Source: Sphyrna mokarran (Eukaryota). Taken from it: a DNA stretch of 64,000 bases. The position numbers and the translations under genes are program-made. Location of the stretch: positions 38,998,001 through 39,062,000 of the forward strand of contig JAGIQG010000019.1 in NCBI GenBank assembly GCA_024679065.1, read 5' to 3'. Positions 1-10,400 of the stretch are shown piece after piece (positions within the stretch are counted from its first letter, which is position 1; every line of letters begins with the position of its first letter). The notes beneath the pieces are model-generated. The model did no database searches, had not been told where the DNA came from, and saw nothing but the letters and a program-made list of their open reading frames with translations.

Positions 1-390
1 AAAGCCGGGAATTTAGAAAACTGAGAGGTGATCTTATTGAAATATACAAGATTCTAAGGGGAGTTTACAAAGTGGATGTTCAGAGGACATTTTTCCTTGT
101 GTGAGACACTAGAACTGGGAGCCATGTTTAAAAATGAGGGATCTCCCATTTAAGACAGATGAGGAGGAATTTTCCTCTCAGTGGATCTTAAATCTTTGCC
201 AGTCGCTTTGCCAGAGACCAATGGAAGCAGTGAATATTTTTAAGGAAGAGGTAGATAGAATGTTGACTTAGGAGAAGTCAAGGTCATCAAGCAGAGGCAG
301 TGGAGTTGAGGCCACAATTAGATCAACCACAGTTTACTAAATGGCAGATCAGGCATAGGGGACTGAAGGGCCTACTCCTCCTCCGATATA
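1..390 (+). mobile_element. CR1 LINE 3' fragment
   Basis: Reads EFRKLRGDLIEIYKILRG (CR1 ORF2 C-terminal RGDLIE motif), followed by a 3' UTR ending gactgaagggcctactcct. Confidence 0.85.
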
Positions 391-404
391 AATATTCATA
401 TCTA

Positions 405-595
405 AACATCACCAAGTCATACACTGTACTGTCTTGGACTATCATTGTTTATTCACTGTTGCTGGGTAAAACTCCAGGAATTACTGACCTCATAGCAATG
501 TTGGTGCATCTACTCATGGACTGCAGCAGTCAAAAAAGGCAGCTCACCCTCCACTTTACAACAGAAATTAGGGTTAGGCAAGAAACTGCAAATGC
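405..595 (+). mobile_element. 3' UTR fragment of a second CR1-group LINE family
   Basis: catggactgcagcagtcaaaaaaggcagctcacc resembles the tails at 7975-8090 and 26680-26780. Confidence 0.6.
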
Positions 596-1149
596 AAAAA
601 AATTTAATTTAAGTTTTAGTCTGTTTGCCCACTTTTGCAAAAGGATAATCCCTTTCACTCCTTTGTAACTGTGAGTTTGTTCATTGCTTATCTAAATAGG
701 ATAGTTTAACACTTCATTTTTCACTAGCCACTGAATTTTAGCAATGTAAAATAATAAATTGAAATAAAAGCAGGCTTCTCACATTCCATCACTGACACCT
801 CTGTATTTTAAAGATGTTCTGGAAAATTCTTTAATCCAACCTTTCCTTTAAAGGGTGATGGTGCTGGTTCCCTATTCTTTCTCCCTTCAACCATTGTGTC
901 ACTAATTTTCTCACACTCGTCCTCAATATTGTGGTACGTGATGGTTAATAAGGCTTTCATGATGTAATTTAAACTAAAGAGAAAATGACTGAATAATTAA
1001 GACTGTCTGAATTGTCAGCAAAAGCACTGAAAGGTGAGTTACATTAAATATTAAGGATGTGTAAGCAGAAGAATTATCACTTAGTATTGAATAGAACTTT
1101 TATACCAATTATAAATCCTGCTTCAAAACCACCACAGTATATTGGAGCC

Positions 1150-1352
1150 TTTCTTTTCTCTTAGGACATTCCATAACCGTTCACAGTCAATGAAAAACAA
1201 ATTCATCTCTCTTTGTGGTGTTGCTGGAAGGATTAATATTGGCCAGAATGTCTCATCTGAAAGACAGCGCTACAGGCATTGCAGCACACCCCAAGTTTTG
1301 CACTGAAATGTCAAACTAGATTATATGCTCAAGCCAGATGCACTGCTTGAAC
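1150..1352 (-). mobile_element. DeuSINE (SacSINE1/AmnSINE1-like) fragment, internally deleted
   Basis: Contains aatattggccag...tctcatctgaaagacagc...tgcagcac...gcactgaaatgtca...ctagattat, the reverse complement of the Deu-domain core. Confidence 0.7.
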
Positions 1353-1371
1353 CCTAGCGTATTAACAGTAT

Positions 1372-1680
1372 TTACAGCATAGAAACAGGCCATTCACCCA
1401 TACAGGTCCATGCCTCAGTTAATGCTCAGATGGCTTAAAATGCCTTCCACCTTATTTCAGCTAACCACATCAGCATATTCTTCTTTACCTTTCTCTCTGA
1501 TGTGTTTATTGAGCTTTCCTTAAATGTGTTTTGGCTATTTACTTCCACTATATCCTGTGATAATGAGTCCCACATTCCACAAGTGAAGAAGTTTCTCCTA
1601 AATTATTTACTGGGTTTATTAGTGACTATCTTATATTTATGGTCCCTAGTTTTAGATTGCCACACAAGTGGAAATTCTTC
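1372..1680 (-). mobile_element. CR1 LINE 3' end, decayed
   Basis: acagcatagaaacaggccattcaccc is the reverse complement of the CR1 terminal tail. Confidence 0.65.
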
Positions 1681-2449
1681 TGAGTCAAAATAACATCAAT
1701 AGCACAAAAATATGTTCTGTAATGCTGGTGAAAAATATAATTTGACTGTAATGTTTCTATTTATGCCTGAAATTCCAGTGTCAGTCTGACTGGCAGTTCC
1801 CTAACTGTATATCCAAACTGTGAAAAAGGGAAAGAAAAATGGAGAAGGAAAGTTATGACAATGGAGATATCTAGTTTGAATGGAATAGAAGTTCACAGAA
1901 TTCATTAGCTTTGTCATTATTCATTTCACATGCACATATGTCGCAACACACAAAAACTACAAAAGCGAAAAATTTACAGCTTGTTGCTGCACATTTAAAC
2001 AATGGCAGAAGTGACTGAATGAAAGTCTTGGGCTTAAAAAAAATAATCATAAAGGAATAAATTATGTGTGAATGACAGAGCATATTGGAAACATGGTCAA
2101 AGATCACACAATTGTTTTTAATAATAGAACCCACGGCTAATTAGAATGTCACTTCTAAAATTTGATTTCATTCAGTTTAAATATGTCTTAAATTATTAAT
2201 TTGACAAGACGGTGCTCATCATTAGGTAGACAGACAGCTAGCTGGAAGGTGACACTAAATAAATACATTGCCTATAGTTGGAGTGAAGTTTAATTTAAAC
2301 CGCCGTGAAATAAAATGTTTTTACAAGGTAATGTAAGGCAAAAATCTGTGCATTTACAGCAACAAGTAAATGATAGCATTGCATTTGATTCAAACCTGAC
2401 AGATATTAAAAGGAAACATTGTCACTTGCAATGTTTTTAAAACTGACAG

Positions 2450-2570
2450 TTTGTTGTGCAGACGGATAGCATCCCTGTCTCTGAAACAGAAGCTCCAGGT
2501 CCAAGTCCCACCCCAAGACATGAGGTGAATTCATAACATGGCCAAACAAGTCGAGTATTAACTTGAAATT
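2450..2570 (+). mobile_element. tRNA-derived SINE head fragment
   Basis: A-box-like ttgtgcagacggatagc and B-box-like ggtccaagtccc at tRNA-like spacing. Confidence 0.5.
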
Positions 2571-2618
2571 CTTTCAAAATGCATATTTGCAGGGAATAAG
2601 ACATCCCTTGTTGAGCAC

Positions 2619-3266
2619 ATCATAGAATCCCTACACTGCAATAGAGACCATTCAGCTCATTTGGTCTGCACCAACTCTCTTACCGAGCTTACCAAGGCTC
2701 TTCCCCCTATCCTATTCCTGTAACCACAGGCATTTTACCATTGCAAATCCCTTAACCTATACATCTTGCAACATTAACAGACAATTTACCATGGAAGTCC
2801 ATCAAACCTGCACATCTTTGGACTGTGGAAAGAAACTGAAGGAAATCTATGCAGACACTGGGAGAACATGTAAACTCCACACAGTCAAAGAATCCCTACA
2901 GGGCATTCAGCCCATCAAGTCTGCACCAACCACATTCCCACCCAGGCCCAGTCCCTGTAACCCCACATATTTATCCTACTAATCCCTCTGACGTTAAGGA
3001 ACAATTTAGCATGACTAATGTACCTAAACTGCACATCCTTTGGATTATGAGAGGAAATCGAAGCACCTGGAGGAAATCCAAGCAGACATAGGGTAGAACT
3101 TGTAGACTCCATGCAGACAGTGACCATAGGCTAGAATTGAATCTGGATCCCTGGCACTGGGCAGTAGCGCTAACCACTGTGCTGCCCTTACACAAAGCTG
3201 GAATTGAACCTGGGCCCCTGGAGCTGTGAGGCAGCAGTGCTAATCACTGTGATACCATGCCGTGCC
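2619..3266 (-). mobile_element. HE1-type V-SINE (outer copy: 2619-2888 plus 3190-3266), interrupted by a second copy
   Basis: Tail catagaatccctaca, V-domain acctgcacatctttggactgtgg...aaactccacacag, and head gaattgaacc...ctgtgaggcagcagtgctaatcactgtg. Confidence 0.85.
2889..3187 (-). mobile_element. HE1-type V-SINE (inner, near full length)
   Basis: Complete tail, V-domain and tRNA-head series from agaatccctaca to gctaaccactgtgctgccc. Confidence 0.85.
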
Positions 3267-3946
3267 TCTACAATCATTATCCATAGCTCCAAACTGTAAC
3301 AGGCATGCAAAAGCTACAGCAACTTGGACTTCCCAAGTGATCTATAACACACCACCAATGTTTTCCAATGAGGTTCTGGTATAAAAGATTATTTGCTAAG
3401 TAAACAAAAACATCTCAGAGACTGCCATTGTGTGCTGTGTTATGCTGAAGCAATATTCTGAATATTCTGGTTTAAATTTTACTGAGAAGCTTTGTTAGGG
3501 AAGTCCTGAATGCACAGCCTATGACCTCCTTGCACCATACTTAGTTCCTTTTTTATGTTATTCAAAATGGAGCACTGGGGCCTGAATTTTCTGATCTGGT
3601 GGATGGTACAAGTCTGACTATCTCCCTCTGCATTTTACCATTCTATGTTTAATTCTGAAAGTGGTGGCAGAGCTTTATATTCACTGGTCTGATTTCAGCC
3701 TGACCCAGGTAGTCCTTCTGGGATCAGCTTATCTGTAATTGAGGCAGGCTTCAGGGGTAAGTTATACTTCTCTTGGTGGCTGCTTTGCTAGACGGTAAGG
3801 AAGGCTGTAGTGGAGGACAAGTCACACCAATATTTGTCACAGCACAGTATAGCTAGCTAAGCTACTAAGAGGGGACAATAATTGATCTTCTTCTTTAATT
3901 TGGTAGTTATCTGTGACAGACTGCACTTGGTTGCATTATGGAGAGC

Positions 3947-4402
3947 AAAGAGAAATGCAGCACAGGAACAGGCCCTTCAGCCCTACAAGCCTGTGCCTAT
4001 CATGATGCCCTGACTAAACTAAAAAAAAATCCTTCTGCTCTTAATTGGACCATATCCCTGTAATCCCTCCCTACTCATATACCCATCCAGATGCCTCTTA
4101 AAATGTTACTAATGTGCCTGCTTCCACCACTTCCCCTGGCAGTGTGTTCTAAGCACCCAGCACTGAGTGAAAGACTTCCCCTGCACACCTCCCTTAAACC
4201 TTCCCCTTCACCTTGAACCTGTACCCCCTTGTAACTAACACTTCCACCTTGGAAAAAGCCTCTGACTCTCCACCCTGTCTATGTCTCTCATCATTTTATA
4301 GACCTCTATCAGATCTCCCCCAAACCTCCGTCTTTCAGTGAAAACAATCTGAGTTTATTCAACCTCTCCTCATAGCCAACACCGTTGCGACTAGGCAACA
4401 TC
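3947..4402 (-). mobile_element. CR1 LINE 3' fragment
   Basis: Tail cagcacaggaacaggcccttcagccc. tttatagacctctatcagatctcccc is the reverse complement of the RGDLIEVYK motif. Confidence 0.85.
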
Positions 4403-4544
4403 AAACAGAACAAATAAAAAAGAAAACAAGGTGCTTTCCTTTAGGTGAGATCACAAACAAAGCTGAATCATGAAACAGTTCAAGTGAAGGTTAAGGATTA
4501 CACTCTTTGAAATCAGCAGGGAATTCTTTTGGTGCCTTGGACAA

Positions 4545-4935
4545 TATCCTCCTCCTTCTCAGGCATTGCTTGAGATTAACTTGCTTATATTCCAATTTGA
4601 TGGGTTCTGAGAAGGCTGCTAAGTTCAATCTGCGATCTGCATGTTCTGCCACACACGAGGCAGATAATGCTTGAAAGATGGATTGTTTAGTGAAAAATAC
4701 ACTCTTTCCAACCCTGCAACTTTGTCTCTGCAAGTCTCTTGATGAGTTTGATACCTTCCTGAATGATCTTTCTCCAGTTTTTTTGGTTGTAGGCCAAGGG
4801 TTTCCATGAGTCAGTGGGGCTATTTGACCTCTTTAGAGATGCTTCGAGGGCAGTCCTGAAGCATTTCGCCTGTTCTCCCGGCAGTCTCCTGCATGACCGA
4901 GTTTCGAATAGAGCAGTTGCTTCAGGCATTAGCAT
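4545..4935 (-). mobile_element. RTE-clade LINE 3' fragment
   Basis: ORF remnant RRLPGEQAKCFRTALEASLKRSNSPTDSWKPLAYNQKNWRKIIQEG, then in another frame ICLVCGRTCRSQIELSSLLRTH (RTE C-terminal C2H2-like finger). Confidence 0.85.
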
Positions 4936-5769
4936 GAATCATTTGTTCGAGGCAACAAGAAAACTACACAACAAGAACTGTTGAAAAAAACACATCTTTT
5001 GAAAAATTGGTGATAGGCCCAATGATTCCTTAGCTTGTTGAGATGAGTGGGTGAAGTCCATAAATAGCCAAAGAAATTCCAAGGAAAATAGCTATGTTCA
5101 GTAGAAATATATTCTGCAAGAACAGAAAATTGTCCTAACTTCAGATTTTTTTAAAAATATAACTTTCTAAAAATTATGATGGGGGCTTTTATAAGAATTG
5201 CTTTTGATGTGAAGGCAGTAAAGCCTGCAGTTGTAAAGTTTAAATGTTTAATTTGTAATTATGTAATAGTCTATAATGCAGTACTGGACCAGTTTCATGT
5301 CTTAATTCTTAAATTGCAATGCTTAACAAATGAGCCTAATTATACTTCAAAAGACAGAAATGATACATTTCCTGATCTTAGCATTCCTAAAAGCACAGCG
5401 ACTGGATTAATATGTCCAAATTGAACTCCATAAACAGCCACACTTCATTTCTCAGGGATAATAGGATTGCTCATCAACAGCTTTTCTTCCTTCCATTCTG
5501 CAAATTTCAAAATTCTCGCATGTTAACAGAGATGTCATATGTGCAGAGTCGACAGCTACCAAGGAATAGTTAAATTGTCAATAGAAACAGTGACTTTTGA
5601 TTCTGGCACGTGAATATTTGATGGGGTAATTTCATTATGAAAGCACCAAGATAGCATTTTGCTTTCTCAAAAGTCAAATGTTAATCTTGGACTCAGTTAA
5701 ACAAATGGGATAACATCAAACAGGACAAGAGAATGCTTAATTTTCTTGACAGGACAAATATTCACAATT

Positions 5770-6090
5770 TGAGCCAATGTATTACTGTGCTGTGTGGAGT
5801 TCAAGCGTCCCAGAATTAATCCCCATTCTGTGTTGAGGAAGCTGATCTCTGTTTTAAGAATTCAATGATTGGCCATTATGCTGCTGGAAGGAGATAGTAA
5901 AATCATCCATGATTCCTGTTCCTCATCTATTATTCAATGACCATGCTGGAAAATTCACAAAGTTATTTGCAGGCAAGATGACTTTCCAGCTAATGGGGTC
6001 ACATATTAAGAAAGGCACATTATGGAGGCTGGCTAAATTATATTAGAGGACGAACCATCCTATTCAGGAGAGGAGGGGAAATGCAAACAA
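5770..6090 (+). mobile_element. Ancient SINE-like repeat (unnamed family, several copies in the window)
   Basis: Shares tgtgttgag..gctgatctc, aaaatc..cca.g.ttcctg.tcct and tgacc..gctggaaa motifs with the copies at 15450-15830 and 50880-51110. Confidence 0.5.
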
Positions 6091-6729
6091 GATGGCTTAT
6101 AATTTGACAAAGAATGTAAAATCATTGCATAGGGTGGCCTCAGACTGTCAGCTGCAGAGAGTTCTCAAGCTGTTGGAGTTACTTCCTGAGATATCTACCT
6201 AAGCAACAGCAGTGGAGAGATTGAGTTGAGCAATTAGTTGTGTGCTGTGTGTTGACCTGGAGGAACCATGCTTATAATTGAAAAACAAGCTCGCTGACAA
6301 ATGTTACGACCATCAACATACTTTTTTGCTGCTTTTGCCACCCCCACTCATGCCCCCTAAGTGTGCCCAAATTGTCTCTTCCTTTGATTTAAAATGCTGT
6401 GGGAATCAAGAGAGATCACTGATAAGTTATGTGCAAAGCTGACCATACTGCAGCTTAGACTGAGGGCTGTTTTGTTGTCACTGAGACGCAGCAGGAACAA
6501 GCACAGTTTGAGATGAACATCTGGCAGCACTAAAAGCAACTTCTGGTATTATTCAAAACCAAAAGGAACATTAGAGTTATGATAAATTTGCTTTCAAATG
6601 AGGAACGAATTGTCAACAGAAAAAGAGCATTCTAAGAGGAAACATTGCACATTTGCAAGCCAAATATATAAGGAAAAGAGTCTGTACATTGATGAATTAA
6701 TCCAAAATATCTAATTCTAACCATTAACA

Positions 6730-7545
6730 CAACAACATTTGTTCCTAAAATGTGCCTCTTAATATAGTATGACATCCCAAGACACTTCACAAGATTGTTA
6801 TCAGAAACAAAATCGACACCAAGCCACATAAGGCAATGTTAGAAAAGGTGATCAAAAACTTGAGACAAAGAACAGTACAACACAGGAACAGACCTTTCAC
6901 CCTTCCAAACCTATGCTGATCATGATGCCTGCCTAAACTCAAACAGTGTGCACTTAAAGTCCGTGTCTTTCCATTCCCATTCTATTCACGTATTTGTCTA
7001 GATGCCCCTTAAATGCCGCTTTGTACCTGCTCACATCACTTTCCAGGGCAACTCGTTCCAGACAAGTTATTAAAAGCTGCACTTTTTTTTTTACACATAG
7101 GTGTAAAAAAGTGCAGGTTTTAATAACAATCTTGACAGAGGGAAGAGAGAGAGGTTTAAGGATTAAATCCCAGAGAATGGGTCTCTGGCAACTGAAGCTT
7201 AGGTTGTCAATGGTGGAGCACTTTAATCAAGTATGTTTAAGAGGGCCAAATTGGAGGGTTACAGATGCCTTATTGGGTTCTGGGCTCAAGGATTGCATCC
7301 TACAAAGGTAGGATGCAATCAGACTATGGAGAGATTTGTAAAGTGAATCAATTTTAGAACTGAAGTGTTGCTAAATTGGGAACCCATTTAGCCTGGTGAA
7401 CACAGGGATGATGAGTGCATTGGATGTGATGAAAGTTAGGAGAGTTTCAGATGACCTCCGGTTTATCAAGGGTAATAGATGCGGAGGTCAGCTATCATTG
7501 GAATAGTCAAGTCTAATGGTAACAAAGGGTATATGAAAATTGCAA
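6730..7545 (-). mobile_element. L2 LINE 3' fragment interrupted by a CR1 tail (about 6865-7062)
   Basis: catcccaagacacttcaca...gacaccaagccacataagg...aggtgatcaaaaacttg resumes after the CR1 piece (acaacacaggaacagacctttc). The same family occurs at 19232 and 21320. Confidence 0.7.
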
Positions 7546-9181
7546 TAACTTCAATGAGGCCATTGAGATTGGCCTTTTAGAGCATGGATTGCCTGATTGA
7601 GCTCTTTATTGAAGCCTTTGTTGTATATAAAACTGCGAGTGGCAGGTCTCCTGGCACTCCGAATGCTGACTCAGAGCTTGTAACATGCTATGAATTCAAA
7701 TACAGCTTGTAAATAAGAGGGAATGTGGTGAAGGGATACCAGCCTCCACTGACCCATTTCAAAAATCACATTCATTTGGAGTAATAGAAATTCACTGGTT
7801 AGTGCAAACTGAACCTCAAACAAAAGAATGTAAATCTGACACTCAGATGAGCCAAAGCACTGAATTTCTGTGTTCTCTTTATCGTTAGCCCTTTCCACAG
7901 AAATAGCATTTGACAGTAAACAGTGGCAACATTTCTGGATGGAATATGGGAAACAGCAGTGTGTGTGCAGGTATACCATACAGACTACAGCGTTTCAAGA
8001 AGATAGTTTACCATCTTCTCAAGGGCATTTAAGGATGGATGATAAATGCTAGCCCATCCAGCAATGCCCACATCTCATGAATGAATATTTTTTAAAAAAG
8101 CAACAGACAACTTAAGTTGCCCAATTTAGCCGTGCATATTTTGAGGTGGTCACAGCCATCATCGAGGTTGGCAGTGAAGAAAATCAACACTGCAAAGATT
8201 GAGAGAAGTTTAGGTCAGAATATTATCATTCAAGAGGTTATCAACAAATCCAATTAACCAGTCAATTTAATTTTAACCCACAATGGGATGAACAAGCATG
8301 TTTTTTGACTCATCAAATCACAACTTGATATTCCATATTCATTGCATTTTCTTTCAACTGTCTTTTGAAATTTCAACCCATTTTTATTTAGCGAAATGCA
8401 ACATAGAAGTAGCAACCAGTTGATTATTGGTATAAAGATAACACATCGTCCAAAATTTTAATGTGCTGCCCACTATAGGAATCGGAGTGGGCAAGGGGCG
8501 GAATGGCCTGTTGATCTTGGGCGGGATTTTATTGTTTCGGGACAAGTGAGGTCTTAATATCCCGTCCAGCAATTCCAATCATTCCCACTGCGGAATGCCT
8601 GCTCTTCATTGACCTACTCATTGTGTGTGTATGAATTACAGGGCATCACACTAAAATTAATAAATGAAATATGAACAAAATGTTTCCTAAAAGTAATACA
8701 AGACACCAAAAAATACATACTTGATGTTTTATTTATCAACTTACAACGGCTTCTTCCTTAAGGCATTAAATATTCTGACAAGTAACTTAAAATAGATTAA
8801 AAGTGACCAGTCTAGCTTCTGGTTATATTGTCCCACACCTGTGTGTCAACGTGTAGTGGGGAAGAAGGGGGCTGCAAAGGTGGGATAGTTTGCTTTGCTA
8901 GAATTAAAATTATCCTGCTGCTTCAAAGCTTTATAGTCTTTCCAGTTACAGCTCAGTTCAAGTCAAGGCCTTCAAGTAAACACTGAATAATTATTTGGCA
9001 CCTTTCACTTAATTTTATTCACCAATGCCCACAGTAACTTGATAAATTGGTTTTCTAACTTATATCTGTTCCCTTGAATAGTCAATGTGATTGAAGCACT
9101 TAGTTAAATTTATACACAAGGAATGTTATTATAAAAGAATGAGTGTGAATTACTCCCTCCAGGGCAAAGTTTTTTTTAAAA

Positions 9182-9448
9182 TTTATTTATTAATCATAAA
9201 TAAAGCATATATTAACACTGCAATGAAGTTATTGCAAAACTCCCCTGGCCGCCACACTCCAGTACCTGTTCAGGTCAATACATCTAACCAGCAAGTCTTT
9301 CAGAACATGGGAGGAAACTGGAGCACCCGGATCAAAGCCGCGCAGACATGAGGAGAACATGCAAACTCCACACAGACAGTGACCTGAGCTGGGAATCGAA
9401 CCCGAGTCCTGGCGTTGTGAGGCAGCAGTGCTAACCACTATGCTGCCC
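9182..9448 (-). mobile_element. V-SINE with Rex1-like tail
   Basis: tRNA head (gaatcgaacccgagtcctggcgttgtgaggcagcagtgctaaccac), V-domain, and tail attaacactgcaatgaagtta. Confidence 0.85.
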
Positions 9449-9643
9449 TAATAAAACGAGTGTGGTTTCATGAGAAACCTGTGATGTTTTTAATTTCTAA
9501 TATCAACATAACTCAAAATGGAAAATGCACAGAGGTTTGGAAAGGAAAAACTGAAAAGCAATATATTCAAACTTGATGGATTCTGGTTCGGAAAACTTGT
9601 AGTGAATGCAATCAAGGATCTGCAGAGAAGCAACATGACACAT

Positions 9644-10055
9644 GGGGCTGGACTTTTGTGTTAGGAGCAAGAAGTGAGTCACCATTTTCAACGGAGGTAA
9701 TCCCTGAATTGATTTGGAGACAGGTTGGTGACTGCAGGGATGGGAACAGAGTTGGATCAACTGAAGTGTAGACCGAATTCAATTCACCATGACAGCCATT
9801 ATTGTGCCAGCCATTTCACTGCAGAAAGCTGAGAAATTTCTAAACAAGCTCTGGGCTGCACTTCCATATTTCATGATGCCTCAGGATAGTTGGAGGCCTG
9901 GAAACTGGGGCAGGGTGACCCCTCATGTTTTGGAAACAACCTAGAACTGACACTGCAAGAAATCCTTGGAGAGGAGAATGGGGGTCCTCTTTCCACAGTG
10001 TGGCAAGAGGAGGCATCCCACAGAGGCCAAAAAGGCCTGGGTAAAAATTGCAGCC
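9644..10055. mobile_element. MITE with imperfect GGGC-type terminal inverted repeats
   Basis: Termini ggctggactttt ... aaaattgcagcc enclose a GC-richer non-coding interior. Confidence 0.55.
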
Positions 10056-10239
10056 ACTATTAATAGCAGAAGCATTGAATGACAAACTTGGATTCAGCTC
10101 AAGAGGAGGTTCAATCACGTCAAACACTCTGGGAAGATGAGTGCTACGCCTAAGGGTTTAGGGCTATCTTCACTTACATTGTCTGCATCGTTAAGACTTG
10201 AATAGCAGATTAACAGATTAGAATAGCATTCTAATCAGT

Positions 10240-10400
10240 ATTCTGTCAACTGTGTGTGCTTTTATACGCCCTTCTCAGATCAGAACTTTCCACACACCTA
10301 ACAAAGGAACAGTGTTTCCGTAAATTTGTGAGTTTACTCTCAAATAAAGTCGGACTTTAACCTGGCGTTGTGAGATTTCTTACTGTATTCACCCTCCAGC
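10240..10400 (+). mobile_element. Penelope-like element terminal repeat with a decayed hammerhead core
   Basis: cacctaacaaaggaacagtgtttccgtaaa...aaataaagtcggactttaacctggcgttgtgagatttcttactgt. Related to the reverse complement of 34727-34790. Confidence 0.65.

Noticed and set aside
300-668. 122-aa ORF
   Set aside because: Reads through two LINE 3' UTR fragments.
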